Below the pieces are notes generated by a model, which saw only the letters and a program-made list of their open reading frames with translations, made no database searches and was not told where the DNA came from. A stretch of 64,000 nucleotides of DNA, from the NCBI RefSeq assembly GCF_000786105.1, contig NZ_JTEV01000006.1, positions 16,410-80,409 on the forward strand. Reading direction: 5' to 3'. The translations under genes and the position numbers were made by a program. Shown here piece by piece: positions 29,501-38,762 of the stretch (its first letter is position 1; each line of letters starts with the position of its first letter). The stretch comes from Bdellovibrio sp. ArHS (lineage in GTDB: Bacteria; Bdellovibrionota; Bdellovibrionia; Bdellovibrionales; Bdellovibrionaceae).

Positions 29501-30126
29501 TGCAAGGAATCAATCTGGCGTTTCAACTCGCCGATGATGTCCTGCAAACGAACCAAGTTTTGATCTGTGGCCTGCAGTTTACGTTGAGATTCTTTCTTAC
29601 GAGCTTTGAACTTCGTGATACCGGCCGCTTCTTCAATCAGCATGCGACGGTCTTCCGGTTTCGCCGTGATGATCTTACCGATCATACCTTGAGCGATGAT
29701 CGAGAAACCTTTAGAACCCGCACCGGTATCCATAAAGATCTCTTGCACGTCTTTCAAACGTGCTGGTTCTTTATTGATGAAGTACTCCCCTTCGCCATTA
29801 CGGTGAAGGCGACGAGTCACCATGATTTCGGAGTGTTTGATGTATTTTGCTGGGAAAGCGCCACCGTCGTTTTCAAGCGTCAAAGACACTTCACACATAC
29901 CTAGTGGAGCATAGCCTTCTGCGCCGCCAAAGATGACGTCCGTCATTTGGGAACCACGAAGGTCCTTTGCAGACATTTCACCCATAACCCACATGAGGGC
30001 ATCGACGATATTGGATTTACCGCAACCATTCGGACCCACGATACCAGTGATACCAGCGTCAAAGTGAATGACGGTGCGATCTTTAAAGGACTTAAAACCA
30101 ATCAGTTCAATTTTTTTGATTCTCAC
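26539..30126 (-). CDS. smc: chromosome segregation protein SMC
   Basis: Walker A GPNGCGKSN, hinge domain (FVTLDGD...GVLTGG), signature MSGGE, Walker B LLDEVDAPLD; 1195 aa. Confidence 0.98.
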   Translation of the reverse strand: MRIKKIELIGFKSFKDRTVIHFDAGITGIVGPNGCGKSNIVDALMWVMGEMSAKDLRGSQMTDVIFGGAEGYAPLGMCEVSLTLENDGGAFPAKYIKHSEIMVTRRLHRNGEGEYFINKEPARLKDVQEIFMDTGAGSKGFSIIAQGMIGKIITAKPEDRRMLIEEAAGITKFKARKKESQRKLQATDQNLVRLQDIIGELKRQIDSLQRQAQRAERYRNIKNQIEDLDLWLSSAQYIELKRAADEAQAIFNEAQSMEVEGETNLSTLQGQLEVLKLQILEKEKAVEEQQNEFYLKQSSVQKKEMEIQELRFEIEQARRNEQMTGTILQEQQARQELLARDKAQLEAQVAELKEESESLTAAFTEKNDIYQNFNSRIAEVDEELTTKRRELFAMGQSESSLDARVNSLSAQIADLTERQDNEQQVVNELREKQVEFEARRKKVFGELEKERQMQLDLASDVDSFEANKKILTESVAEKRAEVESFKDSLNEVASRLYGLENLQNNFEGFQEGVKQVMLWQKTRTQELMADGSVVTHFQPVSEVVEVPAEYEVAMEAALGSRLQMLLSSDANIAVDAVTHLKEQKSGRSSFLSANDKGLTFQRSEAPVGEDGVQAILKDVVQAADKFKNTVTYMLDGVAIVDSIRTALNLRAKYEGWTFVTLDGDTLTADGVLTGGSSESADSGVLKRRREIKELSEKKDEFAGKLQLAQMSLKKTEEQLANVLNDFEGAQKRKIDQEIKVTELRKDLERAENELVNAQTAVERQERELKKITEQVELQEQKLEELNEALVAAREKKVLLEGEVESLNTELNSTRTGFDGLQAEVTDLQVKSASKTQEYTGVLRQLEMVSKSLSDLDTQLARMSEEAEGYNSQMTESQVTLEEKKIEFERLLTEVETLKLQVARTKDEYEVMSESARTIEEEAMSSQRARNERQHKMNDSQLKLEQAKMKEQYLIDSIRERYMLNLPDVVEKYADREGDFSTADSELKELREKLAKIGEVNLSAIEEYEETAQRYEFLTKQHADLTEAKEQLRKVIDRINRICSKRFKETFDLVNDRFTRVFPVLFGGGEAKLELIENEEKGEMGIEIIARPPGKKMQNVSLMSGGEKALTAVALVFSIFLVKPSPYCLLDEVDAPLDDANVFRFNDLVREMAKRSQIIVVTHNKHTMEVAKKLYGVTMQERGVSTMVSVSLQDIT

Positions 30127-30330
30127 GAAACATTCCCCTCATACCGCCTTTGGCCCAGCTAGACCAAAGACCATTTCAATCTCGCGAGAGTTAGAAACTA
30201 TGTCAACAACAGGCTTACAAAAGAGGAAGGGAAGCTGAAAACTTAGGCAGAGTTAGGAGGGTATTTTTCGCGTCGCAATATTGGCGAGGAAGATATCTGC
30301 TCAGCTCTTACGCATATCAAAATAGACAAT

Positions 30331-30352
30331 GGCGCACCATGAGTGGTGCGCC
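30331..30352 (-). terminator. probable terminator after the repeat lipoprotein
   Basis: GGCGCACCA/TGGTGCGCC 9-bp stem with a 4-nt loop. Confidence 0.6.
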
Positions 30353-30378
30353 GCATATCTTTTCGGAAATTCAAGGTT

Positions 30379-30900
30379 TTATTGGCAGCGGATGATTTGG
30401 CCTGATTGGTTCATCAATGTGTAACCTGCACAGTTCATTTGCACACCGCAGTTAGTCCATTGATAGCCGTCGGTCATGTAGCCGCTACAAACCTGGCTGG
30501 TATAACCGCCCGTGTTGTAGCTTGAACAAAGCGAAGTGTTCGCTTGCTGAATCATCTGTCCGTTCACGTATTGATAACAAAGTCCGTTTTGATACACATA
30601 GCTACCTGTATTTGTGGAGCACAGTGAAGTATTCGCCTGCTGAATCAACTGGCCATTGATATTTTGATAACACAGACCGTTTTGCATGACGTAAGAACCG
30701 CCGTTGTTGTAACAAAGCGATGTGTTCGCCTGTTGAATCAACTGACCGTTCACGTTTTGATAGCAAAGACCGTTTTGCATAACGTAACCAGTATTGACTG
30801 TGGAGCTTTTGTTGTCCTTGCTACAGTTCACTAGGAATACTGACAAAGAAACAAGAGCCAGGGCTTTAAAAATTTTCGAAAAGATATTTGTTGTTTTCAT
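30379..30900 (-). CDS. small lipoprotein with three tandem two-Cys repeats
   Basis: Lipobox FLVNC; three copies of Y-V-x-QNGLCYQxxNGQxIQQANTSLC; ATG at 30900. Confidence 0.85.
   Translation of the reverse strand: MKTTNIFSKIFKALALVSLSVFLVNCSKDNKSSTVNTGYVMQNGLCYQNVNGQLIQQANTSLCYNNGGSYVMQNGLCYQNINGQLIQQANTSLCSTNTGSYVYQNGLCYQYVNGQMIQQANTSLCSSYNTGGYTSQVCSGYMTDGYQWTNCGVQMNCAGYTLMNQSGQIIRCQ
30553..30790. repeat. intragenic tandem repeat, three copies of about 90 bp
   Basis: DNA-level recurrence of ...ttcgc(c/t)tg(c/t)tgaatca...ccgtt... matching the three protein repeats; boundaries approximate. Confidence 0.85.
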
Positions 30901-30930
30901 ATATTTTTTTCCTTGATGACTAATCCTTAG

Positions 30931-30946
30931 AGCAAGGGGTCTGCCA
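30931..30946 (-). promoter_or_regulatory. sigma54 -24/-12 promoter
   Basis: Minus strand TGGCAG-acccc-TTGCT, near-consensus, 30 bp upstream of ATG 30900. Confidence 0.75.
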
Positions 30947-30999
30947 AGAACGCTGGCACGGAAACTTTCCATATGATTCCGACATGTTATCTAAGTGTG

Positions 31000-31101
31000 G
31001 AATCAATGTGAGACACGCCAAAACTGTCTGTTCTATCGACAGTGCCGACAATGGGCATTCCCGAAAGCGTCACTATCCTGAAGGGTGTGTCGAAGTGAGA
31101 C
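31000..31101. promoter_or_regulatory. pair of GTCTCA-N3-TGAGAC-like palindromic sites (candidate enhancer)
   Basis: GAATCA-atg-TGAGAC (31000-31014) and GTGTCG-aag-TGAGAC (31087-31101), 54 and 141 bp upstream of the sigma54 box. Confidence 0.5.
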
Positions 31102-31165
31102 ATGGATTTTATCTAAGATTAATAGAGATACGTAGGTGAAGTAACCGGGCACAGGCCATTGCTTT

Positions 31166-31204
31166 AAAAGACAAAGCCACTTCTTATAAGTGGCTTTGTC
31201 TTAT
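31166..31204 (-). terminator. intrinsic terminator after ppdK
   Basis: 15-bp stem AAGACAAAGCCACTT/AAGTGGCTTTGTCTT. Confidence 0.85.
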
Positions 31205-31244
31205 TTGATATAACTGCTATTCCGACCCTATCGAGCCGAGCTCT

Positions 31245-33959
31245 CTAATGAAGCTTCTTACCTAAAAGTGCCGCACGAGCTGCTGCCAAGCGGGCAATAG
31301 GTACACGGAAAGGAGAACAAGACACATAATCCAGTCCGACCTTATGGAAGAACTCGATCGATTCAGGATCACCACCGTGCTCACCGCAGACGCCGACTTT
31401 AAGATCAGGCTTAGTACGACGACCTAGCTCCGTACCCATTTTCACCAACGAACCAACACCAGTTTGATCGATGGACATAAAAGGATCTTTAGGCAAGATG
31501 CCCGAAGACACATACGAACCTAAGAAGCGACCCGAGTCATCACGAGAAAGACCCAACGTCGTCTGAGTTAAGTCATTGGTCCCGAAGCTGAAGAAGTCCG
31601 CATGCTCAGCAATGGCGTCAGCTGTGATCGCCGCGCGCGGAAGCTCAATCATCGTTCCTACAAGATAATCAAACTTCGCCCCTTTTTCTTGCTGCACCTT
31701 TTTCATTTCATTGATCGCCAAGATGCGAAGGATGTCTAATTCCTTATCCGTCGCCACCAGCGGAATCATGATTTCCGGAACAAGCTTTTTACCTTCGGCA
31801 ATCATCATACAAGCCGCTTCCGCGATCGCGCGCACTTGCATTTGATAGATCTCTGGGAAAGTGATTGCCAAACGGCAGCCACGATGACCCAGCATCGGAT
31901 TGAACTCATGCAAGGACTTCACTTTCGCGCGCAGACGCTCATAGTCTGTGCCCAAACGCTTGGCCAGATCTTTCGTCTCTTCATCTGTGTGCGGAACGAA
32001 CTCATGTAAAGGTGGATCCAACAAACGAATCGTTACTGGCAAGCCGTCCATAATCTTGAACAATTGATAGAAGTCATCACGTTGCATTGGCAACAATTTC
32101 ACCAAGGCTTTTTCGCGATCGGACTTATTGTCAGCAATAATCATTTCGCGAACCGCATCGATACGATCTGCGCCGAAGAACATATGCTCAGTACGGCAAA
32201 GACCGATCCCTTCAGCGCCAAAGTTACGCGCGGTTTGTGCATCTTTCGGCGTGTCCGCATTGGTGCGAACTTTTAATTTACGAACTTGATCGGCGATCTT
32301 CATGATGCGCTCAAAGTTGCCATCAAGTTTAGGCTCGATCGTTTTTACTTCGCCCAAATACACTTCACCGGTTGAACCATCCAAAGTGATCACATCGCCC
32401 TTCTTCAGAACGTAGCCCTTCACTTTCATGGTTTCTGTGCGATAGTCGACTTCTACTTCACCACAACCAGCAACGCAGCACTTACCCATACCGCGAGCCA
32501 CAACCGCCGCGTGGGACGTCATACCTCCGCGAGTTGTGAAGATCCCTTGCGCCGCCACCATGCCCGCGATGTCTTCCGGAGACGTTTCGACGCGAACTAG
32601 GATGACTTTCTTACCTTGCTCTTTCCACTCGACCGCTTCTTCAGAGGTGAATACGATTTGACCGTTCACACCACCTGGTGACGCCGGCAAACCTTTCGCA
32701 AGAAGAGTTTTTTGCGCTTTAGGATCCAAAGTAGGATGCAGAAGCTGATCCAAAGCTCCTGGATCGAGGCGCAACAAGGCTTCATCTTGCGTGATCAGCT
32801 TTTCGTCGATCATGTCACAAGCAATTTTCAAAGCCGCCGCCGCGGTACGTTTTCCGTTACGCGTTTGCAGCATCCACAAAACACCACGTTCAATTGTGAA
32901 CTCGATGTCCTGCATATCGCGATAGTGCGCTTCCAATTTTTTATAAATATCTACAAGCTGCTTATAAGCCTCTGGCAGAGCTTCTTCCAAAGACTTCATG
33001 CCCGAGCCTTCCGCGGCAATTTTGGTAATCGGTTGTGGCGTACGGATACCTGCCACAACGTCCTCACCCTGAGCATTAATCAGGAACTCACCATAGAAAG
33101 CTTTTTCACCTGTCGAAGGATTGCGCGTAAACGCCACACCCGTCGCAGAGTCGTCGCCCATGTTTCCGAACACCATGGATTGAACATTGACAGCCGTTCC
33201 CCATGCAGCAGGAATGCTGTGCAGTTCACGGTAAGTGATCGCGCGAGGCGTATTCCAAGAACGGAAAACCGCGGAAACCGCGCCCCACAACTGCTCCCAA
33301 GGATCTGTTGGGAAGGACTGTCCAGTCATCTGATGAACAAGCTCTTTGAATTTTTTTACAAGAACTTTCCAATCATCCACTGTCAGCTCTGTATCCAGCT
33401 TGTAGTGCTTTTCTTCCTTCAGGTCTTCCAGCGTCACTTCCAGAAGTGACGAGTTCATACCCATCACAACATCAGAGTACATTTGAATGAAGCGACGATA
33501 AGAGTCCCACGCAAAACGCGCGTTATTTGAAGACTTTGCCAAACCCTCGACGGTCTGATCATTCAAACCCAAGTTCAAAATCGTATCCATCATGCCTGGC
33601 ATAGAAGCGCGAGCCCCAGAGCGTACAGAGACAAGAAGTGGATTGTTCACATCACCAAATTTTTTACCGATCTTGGTTTCAACTTTCGCCATCGCGGCTG
33701 TCACAGCGGGACGAACCCACTCGGGAAGCTTGCCACCGGCTTCATAGAAGTGTGCACAGATCTCTGTCGAGATTGTGAAGCCCGGAGGAACAGGAATCCC
33801 CAGAGAGGTCATCTCTGCCAGATTGGCCCCTTTACCGCCCAGGATGTTTTTCATTCCCGCATTGCCTTCGGCTTCGCCGGCAGCAAAGAAGTACACGAAC
33901 TTCTGCGGAATCGTAGATGTTGAAGAAGCTTTTTCAGCCGTGTTTACATTCTGGTGCAT
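31245..33959 (-). CDS. ppdK: pyruvate, phosphate dikinase
   Basis: GGKGANLAEM, SVRSGA...PGMMDT, phospho-His motif GGMTSHAAVVARG, GIGLCRTEHMF, FSFGTNDLTQ. Confidence 0.98.
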   Translation of the reverse strand: MHQNVNTAEKASSTSTIPQKFVYFFAAGEAEGNAGMKNILGGKGANLAEMTSLGIPVPPGFTISTEICAHFYEAGGKLPEWVRPAVTAAMAKVETKIGKKFGDVNNPLLVSVRSGARASMPGMMDTILNLGLNDQTVEGLAKSSNNARFAWDSYRRFIQMYSDVVMGMNSSLLEVTLEDLKEEKHYKLDTELTVDDWKVLVKKFKELVHQMTGQSFPTDPWEQLWGAVSAVFRSWNTPRAITYRELHSIPAAWGTAVNVQSMVFGNMGDDSATGVAFTRNPSTGEKAFYGEFLINAQGEDVVAGIRTPQPITKIAAEGSGMKSLEEALPEAYKQLVDIYKKLEAHYRDMQDIEFTIERGVLWMLQTRNGKRTAAAALKIACDMIDEKLITQDEALLRLDPGALDQLLHPTLDPKAQKTLLAKGLPASPGGVNGQIVFTSEEAVEWKEQGKKVILVRVETSPEDIAGMVAAQGIFTTRGGMTSHAAVVARGMGKCCVAGCGEVEVDYRTETMKVKGYVLKKGDVITLDGSTGEVYLGEVKTIEPKLDGNFERIMKIADQVRKLKVRTNADTPKDAQTARNFGAEGIGLCRTEHMFFGADRIDAVREMIIADNKSDREKALVKLLPMQRDDFYQLFKIMDGLPVTIRLLDPPLHEFVPHTDEETKDLAKRLGTDYERLRAKVKSLHEFNPMLGHRGCRLAITFPEIYQMQVRAIAEAACMMIAEGKKLVPEIMIPLVATDKELDILRILAINEMKKVQQEKGAKFDYLVGTMIELPRAAITADAIAEHADFFSFGTNDLTQTTLGLSRDDSGRFLGSYVSSGILPKDPFMSIDQTGVGSLVKMGTELGRRTKPDLKVGVCGEHGGDPESIEFFHKVGLDYVSCSPFRVPIARLAAARAALLGKKLH

Positions 33960-34228
33960 AAGTCTCCCTCCAGAAAAGTAAAATGATGTTTGCTATATAG
34001 AGGTATAAAACACTTCTAAGTGCTTAATATCAATGAAATATATTAATAAGTCTTCGCATTGAGTTATAGAGCCCGTGCTCAATCACAAAAGCCGAGAAAA
34101 GATTTAGAAATTCACTTTAAAAATAAAGGACTTAGGTGTTTTATCGCGCCCTCTCATCGTGACGCGATCGTAAATAGAACTGTCTGTGACCTATCGGCAA
34201 GCCCCCGTTGGGAGCGGTGTTCGCAAAT

Positions 34229-34256
34229 AAAAAAGGGCTTCCGCAGAAGCCCTTTT
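34229..34256 (-). terminator. terminator of the gliding-type operon
   Basis: AAAAGGGCTTC/GAAGCCCTTTT stem, T-rich on both strands. Confidence 0.8.
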
Positions 34257-34284
34257 CATTTCGTTATGTCATTTGTGGTTGCAG

Positions 34285-35295
34285 CTATTCCATGTCAATA
34301 GCTTCAAAGTCGATCGTCAAACCAACTCCCGGTCCTTGAACATTCCACACAATACCCTCTGATAGCAGAATAGAGTTCGTGGAGGGCTCATAAACCCAAC
34401 CCTCGGTCAAACTGTTCGGAATCACCTGCGTCCCGTAAGAAACTTTGATAGTTTTCACATCAGGAGTACGGCTGAGTTTCACAGTTCCCGCGGTTCTTTT
34501 CACAATGTCTTTCGCAAACTCTGCCAGTTTCACACCGTAGTCTGGAGAGCAAAGGCTTAAGATGTTTTTTTGCGCCTTATCGCCGTTCACGACAGACTCC
34601 AAGAACACTTCCAATTTATTATCCAGGTCTTCCGAACCGTCGCAGGATTTTTCCTCGGCCAATGTTCGGATAACTCCATAGCCCAATACGCGTGCGGCAT
34701 CGCCTTTTTTCGTCGCCAAAACTTTCAGAAAGTCTTGGGGCGCCAGTTGCGATTGATCCTTGGCATCCGTGATAAAAATCACCGCCAAAAAAGCGTCCTG
34801 GCGATAGAATCCAAGGTTCGCCCCTAGCTCCAATGAAGGGGAAAGCGCTTCCACGACGGGACCGAACATTTCTTCCGTCGGACTTCCGTTTGTGCCCACA
34901 AGCATCCGACGAGCCAGATTCGCAACCAAGTCCGGAGTCGTCTTTTCAACGTAAACCGGGCTTCCGACAAGTTTGCCACAACGACTACGACATTCATCCA
35001 TATCCGTCGTGACAACACCAATGTGATAATCCAGGATAGACACCTTGGAAATCGCATCTGCAAAGGCGAAAGCATTGCGGCTTAAATTGTTCTGTGCATC
35101 CGCCATACTTCCCGAGTCATCAATCACAAATAAGATATCCACTTTGGGATTAAAAACCGTAAAGTCTTTAGGCTTTTCCTGAAATTCTTCATTCTTGAAG
35201 ATCGCCTTGCCGATCAAGTCCGGAGAATCACTTCCGCAACCTGACAAAGCTCCGAAGGCCGCTGCAAAACAAAGAACTTTAGATAGAAGTTTCAT
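34285..35295 (-). CDS. von Willebrand factor A domain lipoprotein (CglB-like)
   Basis: Lipobox LSGC; MIDAS motif DILFVIDDSGSM; FITDAKDQS. Confidence 0.85.
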   Translation of the reverse strand: MKLLSKVLCFAAAFGALSGCGSDSPDLIGKAIFKNEEFQEKPKDFTVFNPKVDILFVIDDSGSMADAQNNLSRNAFAFADAISKVSILDYHIGVVTTDMDECRSRCGKLVGSPVYVEKTTPDLVANLARRMLVGTNGSPTEEMFGPVVEALSPSLELGANLGFYRQDAFLAVIFITDAKDQSQLAPQDFLKVLATKKGDAARVLGYGVIRTLAEEKSCDGSEDLDNKLEVFLESVVNGDKAQKNILSLCSPDYGVKLAEFAKDIVKRTAGTVKLSRTPDVKTIKVSYGTQVIPNSLTEGWVYEPSTNSILLSEGIVWNVQGPGVGLTIDFEAIDME

Positions 35296-35299
35296 GTCT

Positions 35300-36904
35300 T
35301 TACTCCTTCACGCTGGCTTTCGCGCAGCCTTTCTTAACGTCCACTTTGAAGTTAGAAAGCTCGTCGAACCAGATTTCTTTATCGTTTGCAAAGCTCATCG
35401 CATATTTATTCGTAGAACCTGTAGAGCCCAGTTTCGCCTCGGTCGTTCCAACGTTCTTGATGAATTTGGAAGCGGCATCCACTTGCTGGATCATTTCTAC
35501 TTCGACGATGCGCAGACGTTGCATCACTTGTTTCGAGTCCTCAAGTTCAGATTTCGCAAGCTCCTGAACACGTTGCAGACCCGCACCTTGAGTCATTTGC
35601 GCGCGAGTTTGCACCTGATTTTTCAAAGTCTCAAACTGCCCCTGCAAGTTTCCGAATGTCAAAGAGCGCGCATAAAGCTGCTCGGCCAATTCAGATTCCT
35701 TCATCAGATAAGCATGTCTTTTCACCAATAACGTCAGCACTTCATCTTTGGAAGCATGGGCTGGAATCAAGTGCGCATCTTTGCCCAATTTTTCCAAGCT
35801 GACAGGCCCCACAGACAAAGTCTTCATCAGATTTGCAACGGCCGGTTGATTTGGATCGACCGTCAATTTTTCCAGAGCGACCAGGTGCTCTCCGAACTGA
35901 GGCTTGATTGCTTTCATCGTTTCCAACACGTGAGGATAATCACACACCTTCAAGCTGCTGAACGAGCTTAGAAGATAAGACTCAATACCCACCCAGCCCT
36001 TAAAGTGCGGGTAAGTCAAAGTTTTGGTGATCGCGATCGCATTCTGCGGCTCGCCTTTTCTCATATAGGCCCAAGCCATCTCTTCTTGTGACTGGAACCA
36101 GTAGTCGGATTTTTTGCCGATCTTTTTGTAGTACTGAATTGCCGCGTCCAGGAAACCATTTTGATAAAGCAAACGACCTGCGGTGATCGTCATCAGATCT
36201 TTATCGATCGGATTGTTTTTCGCCTTCATCAAATGCGCTAATACCTGAGCCGCTTTGCCTGCATCCCCGCGGATACCGAGATTCAAAACCAATTGCCATT
36301 GCAAAAGATTTCTTTCAACGGAATCAACAGGTGTCTTCTTGATAAGTTCTGTCAAAGCCGCGATGTCTTCATTCACATAGCTTTTTTGCAGAAGCACAGC
36401 CATCTCGGCCCCGACACCGAACACTTGTGTCCAGTAAGGATTCCAGGTGACTTGCGCCATGCCCCAGACAGGATCTTTATCGTTTAAGTTTTCCTTCCAC
36501 AGACTGATCACCGTGCTATCAATTTTTTCAGGCTGCGCGATATTCAAAAGCGCTTCCACACCTGTCAGCTTCAAACCGTTTTTATAGTTCAAGAAAGCTT
36601 CCAAAGCTTTCCCCGTCTCGGTTTGCTGGAATGAAGAACCATTGAAAGCGGTCGCCCATTGGAACAATGCTTTTTCGTAGTTCTTTTCAACCAGGAACTG
36701 GAAGAAGATATTTTGTTCGGCCGTAGAAGGGTTCACCGCCTTTTTTAGCTTTGCAACTTCTTCGCTTTCCACGAATTGCGCTGCGGCTTGGCTGGTCTTC
36801 CCTTCAAGGATGCTCATCAAGTCGTCTTCCGCGAAGGCAACCGTCTGAGCTCCCAGAACTAAAGAGGCAACAGTTAAGGATTTAACAAACATCATAGCAT
36901 CCAA
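35300..36904 (-). CDS. secreted TPR protein (Glt-associated)
   Basis: Signal peptide; TPR-like helices (GRLLYQNGFLDAAIQYYKKI, EEMAWAYMRKGEPQNAI). Confidence 0.8.
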   Translation of the reverse strand: MDAMMFVKSLTVASLVLGAQTVAFAEDDLMSILEGKTSQAAAQFVESEEVAKLKKAVNPSTAEQNIFFQFLVEKNYEKALFQWATAFNGSSFQQTETGKALEAFLNYKNGLKLTGVEALLNIAQPEKIDSTVISLWKENLNDKDPVWGMAQVTWNPYWTQVFGVGAEMAVLLQKSYVNEDIAALTELIKKTPVDSVERNLLQWQLVLNLGIRGDAGKAAQVLAHLMKAKNNPIDKDLMTITAGRLLYQNGFLDAAIQYYKKIGKKSDYWFQSQEEMAWAYMRKGEPQNAIAITKTLTYPHFKGWVGIESYLLSSFSSLKVCDYPHVLETMKAIKPQFGEHLVALEKLTVDPNQPAVANLMKTLSVGPVSLEKLGKDAHLIPAHASKDEVLTLLVKRHAYLMKESELAEQLYARSLTFGNLQGQFETLKNQVQTRAQMTQGAGLQRVQELAKSELEDSKQVMQRLRIVEVEMIQQVDAASKFIKNVGTTEAKLGSTGSTNKYAMSFANDKEIWFDELSNFKVDVKKGCAKASVKE

Positions 36905-37602
36905 CCCATTTGTACAGAGGCCACGTTGGTCAACATGTTCTCAGTTTTGTTGTAGTATTCAGCTTTGTATTGTTGCGCACGGTATTCCAAGCGAGTTGTC
37001 AGGTTTGAATTCACCCAGAAACCAAAACCAATTCCCAACGTCGCCGCAGGGCTGGTTCCATTAGAAAGTTCCATCTGGCCATAACCCGCTGTCAAATAAG
37101 TGTCGAAGTGCGCAACCCCGTATTTACCGAAGCTCAACTTGCCCACGATTGGATACCAGTTCACCAAACCTAAAGTCTCAGATTTTGGATAAATCACCTG
37201 AGGGAATAGGTAACTCGGCTCTTTGGGATTTTGCGCCGCATTTTGGCTGGCTTTATCAACTGCGGACTTACCTTCTGGCGTCAACGAGTTGAAAGAATAG
37301 TTGTACTTCACGCCCACACTCCAACTTGGATTGATGTGATAGTGAACGTTCAAACCGGCGTTGGTTGTGCGATTGTATGAATCGCCATTGAAAACACCTG
37401 AAAACTCGGGAGCCACTTCAAAGCGATTGGTTCTTGGCGTAAAGCGATTCTGAACGACTTCGTTTTCCACTTCCGGATTCAAGGCTTTCGCTTTCAAATA
37501 TAGAGCTTCGTTGCCACCGAAAGAATCCACTTCTTGCTCAACCGATTGAGCGAAAGCCATAGAAGAAACAAAAAGAGCAAAAATAAAGCTTAAAGATTTC
37601 AT
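36892..37602 (-). CDS. outer-membrane beta-barrel protein (GltA/B/H-like)
   Basis: VVQNR motif, alternating beta-strands, aromatic C-terminus (QMGWML), located in an Agl/Glt cluster. Confidence 0.82.
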   Translation of the reverse strand: MKSLSFIFALFVSSMAFAQSVEQEVDSFGGNEALYLKAKALNPEVENEVVQNRFTPRTNRFEVAPEFSGVFNGDSYNRTTNAGLNVHYHINPSWSVGVKYNYSFNSLTPEGKSAVDKASQNAAQNPKEPSYLFPQVIYPKSETLGLVNWYPIVGKLSFGKYGVAHFDTYLTAGYGQMELSNGTSPAATLGIGFGFWVNSNLTTRLEYRAQQYKAEYYNKTENMLTNVASVQMGWML

Positions 37603-38759
37603 GGAGTCGCCGCCTTTACATTAATACGAAGAGTGTGCGTTGTTTTAACGGACTGAGAGCCCAAGGTGTTTTCCACTTCCATTTTAATATCGTAAACTGC
37701 ATCTGCAGTTGGTGCCGTCAAACCTGCCGTGGTGATCACACCTGAACAATCCAATTGGAATTTCGCTGTGTAGTTTGATTTACACGTCAAAGAACTTCCG
37801 GGAAGAATGGCGCCGACGTTGTCCATTGACACCATTCTTAGAACTCCGCTTGCTGAAGAATCATAGATTGTGAACGCGATTTGCGCGGTCTCGCCGATCT
37901 TCAAAGCCGGAACGGACTCCATCGTGATGCGGGTTGTTTTCGGGCGAGCTTGGATCGTTACGTCCCGCTTATACAACTCAGATTTCACGCCATGCTTGGA
38001 AATAGCCTGCAAAGCAAAGCAGTAATAAGAACCAGAAAGGTTGTCGGCATTTCTCAGATCGATTTCCAGACGTCCTTCATACTTGTTCGGAGTCGAAGCC
38101 GATTTAGAGATATTGCGAACACTGACCAGGTGAGCAATAGAGTCACGGTAACTGTTGATGGCACAGTCACGAACATCCAAAGACACATCACCTTCGCTTA
38201 AAGCGTCGATATCTTCCAATGTGTATTCCATGGTGTGAGTCGTTCCCGTGACCAAAGTGCTGTTGCCAGTGATCGTTTGCACAATCGGCTTGGAATAAAC
38301 ATTCACCACCATCAACGAGATGGTTTTCTTTTCCACTGAAATGAGTGGATACTTCGGTGAAGAATCCGTAGCCAATGTGATGCGCAAAGGAAGTTCGATA
38401 CTTGGCAGACCGGCCACGACCGCTTTCTTTGGAATCCATTTAAAAGCACCCGTTGCTTCATCGAAGGTGGCTCCTTCGAAATCTGCCATGTTATCAATGC
38501 TCAGTTTGAAAGTGACACCTTCAACCATGACCCGACCGTTGATTTTAAACTCAACCGGGCTGCCCACGCGGCCGTTGACGACCATCGGAGCGTCAATGAA
38601 CATCGCATCCTTAGAGAAAGGTTTTTCTTGAACGGGTTTTTCCGCTTCGGGAGCACGTCCTTCACGAACCGCTTCGGGAGCATCTTTCAAAGGATCCTGC
38701 TGCATTTCGCAGGCAGTTAAAAACATCAAGCCTGTTAATAAAGCCAATACTAATTTCAT
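37599..38759 (-). CDS. lipoprotein with Ig-like domains
   Basis: Lipobox LTAC; He_PIG-like segment (GATFDEATGAFKWIP); all-beta sequence. Confidence 0.78.
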   Translation of the reverse strand: MKLVLALLTGLMFLTACEMQQDPLKDAPEAVREGRAPEAEKPVQEKPFSKDAMFIDAPMVVNGRVGSPVEFKINGRVMVEGVTFKLSIDNMADFEGATFDEATGAFKWIPKKAVVAGLPSIELPLRITLATDSSPKYPLISVEKKTISLMVVNVYSKPIVQTITGNSTLVTGTTHTMEYTLEDIDALSEGDVSLDVRDCAINSYRDSIAHLVSVRNISKSASTPNKYEGRLEIDLRNADNLSGSYYCFALQAISKHGVKSELYKRDVTIQARPKTTRITMESVPALKIGETAQIAFTIYDSSASGVLRMVSMDNVGAILPGSSLTCKSNYTAKFQLDCSGVITTAGLTAPTADAVYDIKMEVENTLGSQSVKTTHTLRINVKAATP

Positions 38760-38762
38760 TGT

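Noticed and set aside
26539-30126. SMC as a Wadjet/MksBEF defence component
   Set aside because: Full-length canonical SMC with hinge domain; no jetABD or mksEF neighbours.
32712-33449. 245-aa plus-strand ORF inside ppdK (and similar ORFs inside smc, RND and TPR genes)
   Set aside because: Antisense open frames expected from codon bias in long conserved genes; no recognisable domains.
33960-34284. 325-bp gap upstream of ppdK as a possible sRNA or 6S RNA, and the 80-aa ORF at 34059-34301
   Set aside because: I could not fold a long irregular hairpin with a central bubble by eye. The region is explained by an AT-rich promoter plus a terminator, and the ORF crosses that terminator.
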